From assembly GCA_964016885.1 (NCBI GenBank), contig OZ024749.1, forward strand, positions 48,980,001 through 49,044,000: a stretch of 64,000 bases of DNA. The letters run 5' to 3'. The translations under genes were made by a program, and so were the position numbers. The stretch is from Eledone cirrhosa. Its lineage: Eukaryota. Positions 14,701 to 29,062 of the stretch are shown piece after piece (position 1 is the stretch's first letter; each line of letters starts with the position of its first letter). The notes below the pieces were generated by a model. It was given only the letters and a program-made list of their open reading frames with translations. It did no database searches and was not told where the DNA came from.

Positions 14701-15199
14701 AGTTTCACTCTGCGGATTGTTTCAAACGAATGGTTATATTTTCGAGTATATGGGCATCCTTTTTGGTTAGCATACATTGAATTCTGGCCCGTAGGGAAAG
14801 CATTTAGGTGATCATTTTGACATTTACAGGGTAATAAAACATACACAAAACCTCATTGAATATTCAATGTATTTGTTTACATAGAATGTGTTCCATCAGA
14901 TCCGAAACACCTGCCACCATATGATGAATAGTATCAAACATTTAGAACCATTATTGTCAACTTGCAAGATTTGATAATACATATCAAGTAATTTACGAGA
15001 TATTTACTTAACATATAATTATTAATTTGTATTCAATGTGAAACGTAATTTCTATAGATATCGCTTTACCTATCAAAATTCATATATACTATGTGATTAA
15101 ATCCTTCGTTTCCCTTATTCACTGATACTTGTCCAATATCACAGCTTAGCACACTAGTCGTAGTACGCCATAGTCTTGCGACAAGCAAAGCATTATGCG

Positions 15200-15450
15200 T
15201 AGATTCTAGTTAACGGAAATCGTATAGCGATGTAACCGCAGTAGTTCTGTGGGGATTTTAACACAACATCGGCCTGGAGATTACCGTCTTTATTGTTCTC
15301 ATATGTCACAGAGTTATACAGGATCATAGACGCTGTAAATCACCTTCCGACTATGCCATTAAAAACATTGAACAGATAGACACTGCGACTAAAATACATG
15401 AACATTTCTTGCCACAGAAGTAATGAAGTTCAACTACGAATACAGTTGGC
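15200..15450 (+). mobile_element. Decayed LINE apurinic endonuclease fragment
   Basis: FCGDFNT motif (GDFN). Confidence 0.33.
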
Positions 15451-16087
15451 ACTGTATACACTCGCATGTGGTTATATATACAAATTTAACAATACAGATA
15501 TAATTAATACATTCTTAATTGATATAGAGTATTGACAAAATAACCTGACAATAATTACAAATGATGCACGCCCATATTTATATAGGTTGTTTGAGGTCAC
15601 ACAAAGAAATTCAGTTTAAAAAAAACACGGGAGGTTCTATCAGAATTAGGATGATAGTTATTAGATATATTTCTCTAAGATGCATTACTGCACCTACTCA
15701 ATGGTAAAATGCAGCTTCTGTATTTAAGACAAGACATTTCGAAAATATTATGGGACTACGTTTAGATTTCTAAAATTAAAGTCCTATACTCAGCATTTTA
15801 GGTATATGTATTTGAAAGGGAAATGAATTCTTAGCGTAGCTATGCCAAAATACGATTCAGTTTTCTGAATCTCTGGCTTGTAGTGTTACAATTAATTGGC
15901 AAATCGATATATAAATACATATATATATATATATATATATATTTTACATTAGATGGCGTGAATTACATAAAATATGATTGATGAAAACATAAATAAATGC
16001 ATGAATAAATATGCTTATATATACATATATATATATATACATATATGTATATCTATATATATATATACACGTACAAACATATACGAT

Positions 16088-16174
<87 letters not shown>

Positions 16175-16548
16175 GTGTATATTTGTGCGTATGTTTGATA
16201 TCCTATTCATTAGTTCAAGGTTCGGCACATGTTTCACAAAAGAATTCTCTGTTTTGATTATAGTGTTGTAACATCGTTTAAATCAATGTTTCTCTTCAAA
16301 GGATACAGTGTGTCGGAAATATGGCGAGCAATATCATTTTTTTATGAGAAGAAAGGAACTATAATATGGAAAATAATAAAGTACTGTTTCTCTTTACAAT
16401 ATTGATATAAACGTTTAGATGGGTAATTCCAATTTTCATCCAATCACCACAAGCCTTTGAATCTGTGTGTGTTTTTTTTTTTATATTTAAATTCATGAAT
16501 TATGTAAAATCAGAATTTAAATGTTTGAATACATATCGACGTGTGTAA

Positions 16549-17040
<492 letters not shown>

Positions 17041-17042
<2 letters not shown>

Positions 17043-17233
17043 ACGAAGGAAATGTGGTAAGGAACCAGGTGGACCATAACGCACCAAAGTACTCAATACT
17101 GAGGGTAGTAGAGTGGGTAATAGGAACGAGTAGGACCCCGACGGGTGAGCTCAACCCGTTTCGACGGCTAATTCTGGAGTCCAGAATTAGCCGTCGAAAC
17201 GGCTTGAGCTCAGCCGTCAGGGTCCTACTCGTT

Positions 17234-17235
<2 letters not shown>
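17041..17235 (-). mobile_element. Fold-back element family A, copy 2
   Basis: Tail 17041-17122, palindrome 17123-17235, (TA)n on both sides. Confidence 0.92.
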
Positions 17236-17270
<35 letters not shown>

Positions 17271-17891
17271 GCGTCTGTTTTTCTACACGTGTGTGTATGC
17301 AAGAAGAAATATGCACACACACATACAAGCACGAATGGTTGGTGTTTCCTTACATATTCCAGCATTGCTCCTTTAAAGCTTATGAATATATGTACTATAT
17401 CATTATATATTTTGACGATTCTAGGGGAAAATTCTTAAAACATTCCTTATTATAGAGCAGTGAAACAACTGAGAAGAACTATTCCTCATTGCAATAAATG
17501 GTTAAAGGAAAGAAATTTTCACTTACCTTATTGCTGAAAACATTAGCAAAACAAAAGCTCTTTAACAGAAAACGTATATGTTAGAAAATATTAGTGGCAC
17601 AATTCGAACGTAAAGATCATGCTTACACCATAACAATTATATCTCTATAGGCGTAGGTGAAATTGGGATTATGTTTTCCCCATTTGATGTAATCATCCCT
17701 AAATGACTTATTTTGAAATTTGCCTATATGTTCTGATGAGAATAATTTGATCATGCTAACTGTTGATACCACATGCGTCTATCAATTGCAATCTTGGTAT
17801 TATGATTGAATTTTGACCTCTTTCTTCGAAACGATTGTAAATTAATAAACACTTATTCATGAGTTTGGTTAAATTTCTCTAATTACAACTT

Positions 17892-17971
<80 letters not shown>

Positions 17972-18261
17972 ATTCGTGTGCGTGCGAGTATGTGTGGAAA
18001 TCTAGCAGTGAATTGCTATGTATTGCAATTGTTCTAGTTTACCCTTATTCGTAAGAAGTATTCGGCTCCTGATGAGTGATACAACTTCAAAATTCTTCCA
18101 ATATTGGTTATTTTAACTGCTGTAACGTGAGTTTGTTAAACATGGTTGGCGAATTACATAAATTAATGTTGGCTTTTGTTTCACAATTTAGCTGATATCA
18201 AAGTGTGATATATACTTAAATCTAATCTATTTTAATACTTCTCTGAGTTGAATATAGGTTT

Positions 18262-18448
18262 GTGGATTGGCAGTATCGGTAGAGGGTCGGACGCCATGCT
18301 TTCCAGCATAGTTACGTCCCTTTACGATCTGAGTTCAAATCCCGCCGAGGTTGACTTTGCCTTTCATCTTTACGGGGTCGATAGAATAAAGTACCAGTAA
18401 TGCACTGGGTAATTGATGGCCTTGTGCCTAAAGTAGAAACAATTATTT
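18262..18448 (+). mobile_element. tRNA-derived SINE, near full length
   Basis: Pol III A box TGGCAGTATCGG, B box GAGTTCAAATCCC, and 3' end gtagaaacaattatt. Confidence 0.92.
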
Positions 18449-18507
18449 ATATAGCATGTATTTTCATTGAGACGCCTACGTGTTAATAGAAAATTACTTT
18501 ATAAAGT

Positions 18508-18545
<38 letters not shown>

Positions 18546-18648
18546 ACCGTCAAATACATTTTCTTTGTTCATAATGTCCCGGAATTAGGTTACACTTGAT
18601 TAGATTCCATTTCTTAATGGTTACTTGTATATAAACGAGATAGGATTC

Positions 18649-18690
18649 ACTTACCTGCAAAGAGAAAAAATATAAATATATGTTAATTAT
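18649..18690 (-). promoter_or_regulatory. Candidate recursive splice site (ratchet point, zero-length exon)
   Basis: Minus strand ataattaac...ttttttctctttgcag|gtaagt: branch-like TTAAC, polypyrimidine tract and CAG directly fused to a perfect donor (junction 18655/18654). Confidence 0.6.
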
Positions 18691-19120
18691 ACATAAATAT
18701 TTATAGCTAATATATATAGATTAGTAACTCAAACAATGGGATTAATAAATTAAAACTCACAAGATATTATACTAAAGATTTAAAAATCACGTAAACCTCA
18801 TATCATACATAAGACACATTAAAGGTACTCTTCATTACAATATCACGTTTTGTAATAACTACTATGTATATTTCGTTGCAAATCATATGTGATAAAACGA
18901 CTACCTGTATGCTTCATTTATACTGTGTAGTTTAAATTAAATTAGCGTTGAAATTATACACACACATTATCACTCAGTTATAAATGTTTATAATCGACTG
19001 TATATATATATGATATTTGTATACGATTTCACTGTAGAAAACTATAGATATTTGTATGGAAGACGAATAATGTTATATAAATAAAGAAGCCACATAGAGC
19101 TATGGGGTTTCACCCTAATC

Positions 19121-19163
<43 letters not shown>

Positions 19164-19223
19164 AAATATTGTGTGTGTGGGTTGTACGGTGAAAAACTGG
19201 TGTCTATCTCGTTTATCTTCTAT

Positions 19224-19296
<73 letters not shown>

Positions 19297-19337
19297 GTAT
19301 ATATATATATGTATATATGTATATATATATATATGTA

Positions 19338-19416
<79 letters not shown>

Positions 19417-19676
19417 AGAACACTGGAAGGTAATATCCGTAGTGGTACAGCACTCAGTCCATGGGACGAGTTAGGTAGAAGTGGTAACACAATAGTTAGT
19501 TCACCATACCGAGAACAATTGTTTCACATTAGCGGATCTTCAGCTCGTACTGGTTATGTTTATACGGATCAGGGAGAACCTCTTCCGTATAAACATGACC
19601 AGTACGAGCTGAAAATGCGCTAAGGTGAAACAATTCCTCTCGGTATGGTGAACTAACTGTCGTGTTACCACTTCTA
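19417..19676 (-). mobile_element. Fold-back element family D in (TA)n/(TG)n
   Basis: Arms 19476-19568 and 19584-19676, tail 19417-19475. Confidence 0.9.
19510..19547 (-). ncRNA. Minimal type I hammerhead ribozyme motif
   Basis: CGAG-CUGAAGA-UCCGCUAAUGU-GAAAC-AAUU-GUU-CUCG, with stem I CGAG/CUCG and a palindromic loop III. A mirrored degenerate copy is on + at 19605-19643. Confidence 0.7.
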
Positions 19677-20115
19677 TATATATATATATATATAGGGGGT
19701 AGATTGAAATATTTATTGATAGATAGATAAATGTCTTTATTAGCCACAAGGGCACACCATAAGGGGACAAATACAAATGATAGATTGATAGTTAGATAGA
19801 TAGATATGGTGATAGATATATATGGTGATCGGATCTTATGCAATGGTATTCTAAGTTTATATATAGCATTTATATAAACAATATGATTTTATTCTCCTTC
19901 TAGAAATTATCACTTAAATCATATTAGGAGAGGTACAAGATTAATTATATGACCATCAGAAATAATCATTAATTCATTAATTACTTTATTAAAATTTCTC
20001 CATATATTTAGTCTATTTTAGATTTACCTTCGGGTCTATATGTTCCATTGTATTCAATGATATTCATATAAATCTACGTACATGGTATTCAACGTCTATG
20101 CATAGACTGCCGTAA

Positions 20116-20168
<53 letters not shown>

Positions 20169-20443
20169 GAAAATTTCGCTCCACATGGCTGAATACAATA
20201 AATGCAATCTGAGCTTTTCGAATATTAATAATAACATTCAATTCGTTTGCAATTATGCAAAAAAGCCTCAATTATATATCCATGTCATTAGAATGAAAAC
20301 TTCATTCTTGCTCTTGTGCTGGTATGCGATATTCTACTGACATGGCCATGAAATTGAGGCTTGTTTGCATAAATGCAAACGAATCGATTGTTATTATTAA
20401 TATTCGAAAAACTCAGATTATATATGTATATATATATATATAA

Positions 20444-20538
<95 letters not shown>

Positions 20539-20677
20539 TATAAAGAGATAGAGAAGGAGTGAGAGGGAAAGAGAAAGATAATATATCATGACAGTGCTAA
20601 ATGCATGAGGAGGCACAGAAATGGTATAGCGGTGGCATATTTCCTTAGTATATGCATGTACATATGTGTATCCATGT

Positions 20678-21212
20678 CAGGTCACTCTTGGGTGATACTC
20701 GTCACATGTAATCCAGTACGACCTGTCACATGGTAGGGTCGTTGGCGGCTTAACCGGCAAACCCACCAGGTTTACTTGGTGAGGATTATGATTTGCAGGA
20801 CAATAAACAAAACCTGACAAAGGGTGGAAGAACTCATAAGAGTCAACGGCTATCCAACAGTATTTAAATATGTATATACACATGTACATATCTGTGTGTA
20901 TGTATATGAGTATATACATGGGTCCTTGTGTATGTATATGCGGGGGAACATAGAAATAGTCGGGCTGGACACCTGATCGCGCGGTTAAACCACTGGCAGT
21001 GAAGGACTCCTAGACTTTGTCAGGGCATTCTTCTAGGAGAAGCAGCTCAGGAAACTGGGATATCTCCGATATAAAACTTGCGGCTCAGGGGTTAACGATG
21101 ATGTTGATCTTTTCTTCTTTTCGGGTTATAACTACTGTCGCTCAGAGAGTGGGATTGGCTCAGTGCACAGTTTTTCGTCACTTTAAAAAATATCTTCACG
21201 CACAGGCATTGC
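20678..21212 (+). mobile_element. Non-coding RTE-LINE 5'UTR-like repeat, copy 2
   Basis: Matches the reverse complement of 12880-13250; interrupted by a TA/TG-rich stretch at about 20860-20940. Confidence 0.65.
20694..20757 (+). ncRNA. Degenerate HDV-like ribozyme at the element 5' end
   Basis: P2 CCAGU, P3 ACG, L3 ACCUGUCA, P3' CAU, then GGUAG-GG, a short P4, J4/2 GGCUUA and P2' ACCGG (ACUGG in copy 1). Confidence 0.45.
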
Positions 21213-21841
21213 ACAATAGAATTAGTTAATAATTATTAATAACGGAATATCGTGCAATGGCCATACTCGTAACGAGGGGACAGGCATCATGTATACATGT
21301 ATGCATGCTTGTATGTATGCTGAACATGACCCGAAACCTCTTGAAACCATAGTCGGGTATATGCGTTTCTACATGTTTCTATACATTCATGTGCGTGTGT
21401 ACGTGTCTATCTCTCTGTGTGTGTGTGTGTGTGTACAAATATATGCATGCAAGAATATATACAAAAATAATTATGTATTTACACACATCTTTATTACAGA
21501 TAAATGCTTAGGGTGGTCGTCATGACATGTCGTCATAGATACTCTCTAATTTTAGCTGATTTCATTCGTTTACAGTTCTGAACTCAGCTGATTTCACCTA
21601 CCTAATAAGACAGGGTGAGAGGAAGCAATACAAAAAGCAGAAACTGATAAAATCAATCCCAATATTGGATTAGGGCTATATTTATAGTCATCATGATGAT
21701 GAAAGGCAAACACTATCGCGGAGAGATTTGAGCTTTGGAACAAACATCGCAAAATTAGCTATGTTCTAAAACATCGTTTAGTTATAATGACTTACGCACA
21801 TATACACGAACCAGCACATACGCATATATACATACACACAA

Positions 21842-21872
<31 letters not shown>

Positions 21873-21875
<3 letters not shown>

Positions 21876-22263
21876 TGTTATACTTTGGGAGGGTCATGTT
21901 GCGAATAAGAAACACACGCACCATTTGCTTTCACTTCAATTTATTATAATACATTTATAAATTTAGGAATTTATAAATTTCCGGTTGGTTGGTTGGTTGG
22001 TTGGTTCTAAAACCAGATGGTTGTTTATATATTGTCAAAGTGATTTCGTCACACATTTTGTGACCTCTTCAGTGACTGGGGATTCTTTTCTTTCTTGTTT
22101 GTGCCTCTCCTTTGTTCTGTCATACGACATCTTGATTTTGTGTGTGTGAAAGCAACTGGTGCGTGTGTTTCTTATTGGCAACATGACACTCCCAAAGTAT
22201 AACAATATCGGTTTCAACACACGTTTTCAGATAAAGAATATTGCTAAACAAATTCAGAAACGA
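21873..22263 (+). mobile_element. Fold-back element family E in (TA)n
   Basis: Arms 21872-21934 and 22146-22208, tail 22209-22263, internal (GGTT)n, (TA)n on both sides. Confidence 0.88.
22034..22076 (-). ncRNA. Hammerhead-like motif with degenerate stem III
   Basis: GUCA-CUGAAGA-G-GUCACA aaaug UGUGAC-GAAA-UCACUU-UGAC, with stem I GUCA/UGAC. Confidence 0.6.
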
Positions 22264-22265
22264 TA

Positions 22266-22307
<42 letters not shown>

Positions 22308-22460
22308 TACATATACACACACACACACACATATATACATATATATACATATATAATATATATAAATATATACATATATATGTATGTTAATATATATAGT
22401 TATACATATATATATATATGCATATATATATATATATACATACACACACACATGCACACG

Positions 22461-22523
<63 letters not shown>

Positions 22524-23071
22524 TATATATAGTTATACATATATATATATGCATATATATATATGTATACATATTTTAAATATAGATGTGAATGTAAGTA
22601 AAATCAATATTATATGTGGAGACAATAATTTCTGTGTATATATAAATATATTATATTCGATATAAACAGTTCCTGGTTCCTGAACCACAAAGGCTCTGAA
22701 TAAATTTCAGGTTAATTGCAAAATGATTTGATGCAAATTACCATTCTGTACACGCAACGTATCTACAATGGGTTCATTATAAGAATATTAAATCTTAAGA
22801 TGTAAGTCAAGATCTTATCGAAACACCATGTTTCTTCTATATGGTGAAGATGTGTTTTTTTCCTTTAATTTTATAGTATTCCGTGAGGTACGAACCAAAG
22901 TAAACATTTCGTGTTGGTAATATTGTTTGTAAAGCTATACTTATTATATATGCAAGAAAATACACACACAAACATGCACAGAGAATGAGCGAAGTGAGGA
23001 GAGAAAAACATATATCTATCTATATATATATATATTCGCATACATTTAATATACATATATATACACATACA

Positions 23072-23519
<448 letters not shown>

Positions 23520-23720
23520 TTACATACGTCCCTCTCTGCGATGATGTTTTCAAAAATATGTGCAATCAACGTGGTTAAATTGCTGCTGGAATCGTGCCGT
23601 ATCAAGATGTCCACTCCATTAGATGAACTGCTCATACTTTCCGTTTTCTTAAATTACCTCATGAGGTTTCCAGAAACCCGGAATTGCAGGAATACTCACT
23701 TTTGCTAGGTTAATTAATGC
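23520..23720 (-). mobile_element. Decayed RTE-type apurinic endonuclease fragment
   Basis: SSSNGVDILI...LTTLIAHIFENII resembles GVGILL...L..I..IS.RII. Confidence 0.38.
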
Positions 23721-24730
23721 CGAGCATTCACAATTTTAATTAGACCGTCTTAAACACTTATTTCTGCTTATATTTGATACACTCCAGGATAAACACACAA
23801 ACGTTGTAGAAGTCGAAGTCCCTTTAAATAAATACTAGGAGTAACGTCGCCCGTTATTTTAAGGACCGACAATACATATCATGAGCAAATTTCTGGTGCA
23901 AATTGTAAAAGAATCAGATACAAAGATTTTACACTCTGGCAATAAAACGCTTGGAAAATGAATTCCATATTTTCTCTTTAGTTGTTATATGCAGTTCACA
24001 TTATAATCTCATCATCTCATATGTTCACGTGCAAAATATTGCGATATGACATGCTTTTAAAATTGCTATTTTCCATCGATATCCGTATTGATGAACTACA
24101 TTCTTATATACCTACTGAAATGAACATTTTGCACCGTATAGAAATCAAATTATGTCTAAAACTCAACTATATTAAGAAATCCCATAAGTACATTTTTGCA
24201 ATACACAACAAATGTGATGTTTGCATAAAACTCTAATTCTGATTTTTTTTATTAGAAAAATAAAGCAGATTTAATGTCAGACAATCATTACACCTTCAAC
24301 ATCAATTGCTAAGTTTCATTCAAGCCCTGCTTTATAAATGTCTTTAAAACTAACATGTCTTTATAAATACCCTAATTATGTGTCATACTATACCATAATT
24401 TGAATTTAGGCCGAAACCAAATTCATTTTATTGTTTTGAATTAGATTTTAATGTTGGCTTTAGTATCGGTTACATCTTCAATTATCCAATATACACTGAC
24501 ATTTCCATCTACATGTAATCCTGCACCCGAAATGGACTTGTCTGATGTTAACACAATCACTTTGATAAATATCCCGTTTTATCATGAACAAGGTCTGTAC
24601 TTGATCGCCGGGCACTGTTTGAAATAATGATATGCACATCTTCCTCATATATTTAACACGTCTTAAATAAGAGTGTCAGATAACCGCCTTCTTTCTCTTA
24701 TTGTTAATATATATATACACACAGGCACAA

Positions 24731-24802
<72 letters not shown>

Positions 24803-25292
24803 AACTGGGTGTTTGTGCGTATCTGTGTACGTGGTATGCTATTGTCATGTAAAATAAATAAATTAAAATACATTATTCTTATTTGTTATGATGTGTATGC
24901 ATTAATTGGAGATGACTTAATATCGTTTCATTTTGTATTCCTGAAGCTTCCTCTTTAATTAAAAAGTACACGAAGCATAATCATTAATTGGCTTCTGGTT
25001 GTTTTCCAAGTTAATTATACCATAATAAGGAATATATTTCTAATGCCCTACATACAAATTATTTATAGATTACAATGTTCTTAATGGGAATATATTCTTA
25101 AATGTATCTGCCATACATATATACACATAAGCATAATATATATATATATATATATACATGTGTGTGTTTGTGTAATTATGTGTGTCTGAGTCAGTATATA
25201 CTTCTGATGGATTGCTAATACGGATTAGACTGGATAGACTGATTTCTAACTGTAACGCATCATTCTACATATAGACACACATACGAATACAG

Positions 25293-25505
<213 letters not shown>

Positions 25506-25893
25506 GTATTAGAAAATGGGAAAATATGAATTAATACATCAAATTGAATTAACTACATATAATATTTAGTGAAACAAAACTACCAGGCATTATTGCGATG
25601 GAGTCGTATATACTTTTATGAAAACAAACATTAACAAGTTAAAAACAAAGCTTTCCAAGTTATTTGTTAGACGTCTCTTTATACTGGAGATGGAAGAACG
25701 TCATTAGTGCATCCAAAAAGAAATGTGACTGGTATTAAAATAGATAAGGTCCTCCATTATGATTCAAGGACATCTTAGAAACAAACAATTATTTCATCTT
25801 AACAAAGTTGCTATTCACATTTTGAATGGAAATCAACACGTCTGGATACAAATATATGTTGGTATACACGATGTATATCTATCTGTTTGTGTG

Positions 25894-25930
<37 letters not shown>

Positions 25931-25932
<2 letters not shown>

Positions 25933-26134
25933 AACCAGTAAGTCCCCGACAGCTGAGCTCAAGCCGTTTCGACGGCTAATTCTGGACCAGAATTGGTCCA
26001 GAATTAGCCGTCGAAACGGCTTGAGCTCAGCTGTCGGGGTCTTACTGGTTCCTATTACCCACTCTACTACCTCAAGTATTGAGTACTTTGGTGCGTTATG
26101 GTCCACCTGGTTCCTTACCACATTTCCTTCGTTA
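25931..26134 (+). mobile_element. Fold-back element family A, copy 3
   Basis: Palindrome 25931-26052 plus tail, (TA)n on both sides. Confidence 0.92.
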
Positions 26135-26304
26135 TATATATATATATATATGTATATTCCCTCTGATAGTTTGTATAAATATTGTACATAGATCTATAGA
26201 ATAGGCATACCAACTCTAACACATATATATCCTAGAAACGATCGTAAAATGAGGATTTTTTTTAATATAAGGAACTGTTTCTTTGTTTATTCATTATTTT
26301 ATTA

Positions 26305-26387
<83 letters not shown>

Positions 26388-26546
26388 AGAATTAAACAAG
26401 GTTCAATGAATACATCAAATGATGAGTTTTACAATAGATTGGAAGCACTCTAGAGAAGATGTTTTCCATAGTTATTAATATTAATTCAAAATATTATAAT
26501 AAAATATAATTGATCACAAGAATATATAAGTTGTTAATATTTTGAA

Positions 26547-26610
<64 letters not shown>

Positions 26611-26711
26611 GAGGGAATTGTGGTAAGGAACGAGATTGATCATAACGCACCAGAATACTCTATACTTAGGGTAGTAGAGTAGGTATGTATGTATTATCTT
26701 AAATACAAATG

Positions 26712-26758
26712 AAATTTACAGTACTAGAACTGTTTCGGTCGTATGATATCTTCATGGA
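26712..26758 (-). ncRNA. Hammerhead motif (C3 mutated)
   Basis: AUGAAGA-UAUC auac GACC-GAAAC-AGU ucuagu ACU-GUA, with 5-bp stem III ACAGU/ACUGU. Confidence 0.65.
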
Positions 26759-26760
26759 AA

Positions 26761-26807
26761 TTCCTGATGATTTCATAGGAAATAAACAGTTTATGTCCTG
26801 TAGGAGA
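26761..26807 (+). ncRNA. Hammerhead motif (G12 mutated)
   Basis: UUC-CUGAUGA-UUUC auag GAAA-UAAAC-AG uuuauguc CU-GUA-GGA. Confidence 0.6.
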
Positions 26808-27081
26808 CATGTCTATAAATAATGATAAAAACGCCTATACTCTACCATTGTATTGAGTTCCAATTTTAACTGTAGTTACCGATGTATGTGTGTGTTTGTT
26901 GATTTATGTGTGCGTGTATATTTACATATACAGTTATCGATGCGTATGTCTCTGGTAACTGATTTGTTTCTATACGTGTATAGTTTCATTTCTATTTACT
27001 ACTTATAATATTTTTAATGTTTCAAGTTCCAATGTCTAGATGATTCTTTCTGAAATTTCAGATCCGGATGAATGGAACAAG

Positions 27082-27146
<65 letters not shown>

Positions 27147-27251
27147 GTATAATAATATGTGTATAATATATATATATACACATATTATTATACATATATA
27201 TATATACATATATATATACATATATATATACATATATATATATGTATAATA

Positions 27252-27343
<92 letters not shown>

Positions 27344-27542
27344 ATATATATATGTATATATATATATGTATATATGTATATATATATATATATGTATATA
27401 TATATAAATATATGTATATATATATATGTATATATATATAAATGTATATATATATATATGTGTGTATATGTGTGTGTGTGTGTGTGTATAACCATATATA
27501 TGTGAATATATATATATATATTCACATATATATGTATATACG

Positions 27543-27592
<50 letters not shown>

Positions 27593-27593
27593 C

Positions 27594-27683
<90 letters not shown>

Positions 27684-27893
27684 GGAACGAGTAGGACCCC
27701 GACGGCTGAGCTCAAGCCGTTTCGACGGCTAACTCTGGAATAAAAAATATTTTAGTCCAGAATTAGCCGTCAAAACGGCTTGAGCTCAGCCGTCAGGGTC
27801 CTACTCGTTCCTATTACCCACTCTACTACCCTAAGTATTGAGTACTTTGGTGCGTTATGGTCCACCTGGTTCCTTACCACATTTCCTTCGTTA
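27684..27893 (+). mobile_element. Fold-back element family A, copy 4
   Basis: Palindrome with a 16-nt AT-rich loop plus tail, (TA)n on both sides. Confidence 0.92.
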
Positions 27894-27916
27894 TATATAT
27901 ATATATGTATATATGT

Positions 27917-28361
<445 letters not shown>

Positions 28362-29025
28362 TATATATATATATGGATTTCCAAATAAGGACAAGAACAT
28401 TTTATGAAAACTTGTTCACGTGACACCCATAATTTCATTCATAACCAACCCCAAAAAAGCCTTCGTGAGCCCCTTTTTTCAAGTAAAAAGAAATTCAAAC
28501 ACTCATATATGAAAAAACAACCTGTGACAAACCCACCACCTAGTTGAAGAACTATTTTAACGCGAACTGGCGCGAAATTTATTATAATTATTGACAAACC
28601 AATCAAATTACTTCTCGAAAAACCTGGCATTTCGAGCCACTTTTTCCATATAAAACAAGTAACATTCAGAGACCAACAAGATGTGAGAAAAGCCACAGAT
28701 CCTCCATCTCAACTCACCTTTTGAAAAGCAGAAAAACTGCGAAACCGGTAAAGGAACCAAATAAATATATATATTTAAAACAAAAATAAGACTCCAGTTG
28801 CATTTTCGATTTCATCTCTTTTTCTTTATACACTCACTCGTGTAGGACACCTCGGTTATTTTTCATTTTGTAAAAAAAACCTCAAATACTATATATATAT
28901 ATATATATATACACACACATAAGAATAATCAGGGGGGTGGATAAGAGGCTAGCAAGGACGGAACTAACTTTTCCTTCATCAGTTGTCTACTGGGGGTCAT
29001 GGATATTTCAACTCATTAAAGACAG

Positions 29026-29062
<37 letters not shown>

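Larger units (their letters stand above)
26608..26860 (-). mobile_element. Family-A-related element (A2) with two head-to-head hammerhead cores
   Basis: A family A tail (26608-26685, minus) follows a minus-strand hammerhead. A diverged plus-strand partner starts at 26761 and ends in ctctaccattgtattgagt, similar to the family A tail start. Confidence 0.75.

Noticed and set aside
18068-18100. CTGATGAG as a hammerhead core or snoRNA box
   Set aside because: No properly placed GAAA or supporting stems.
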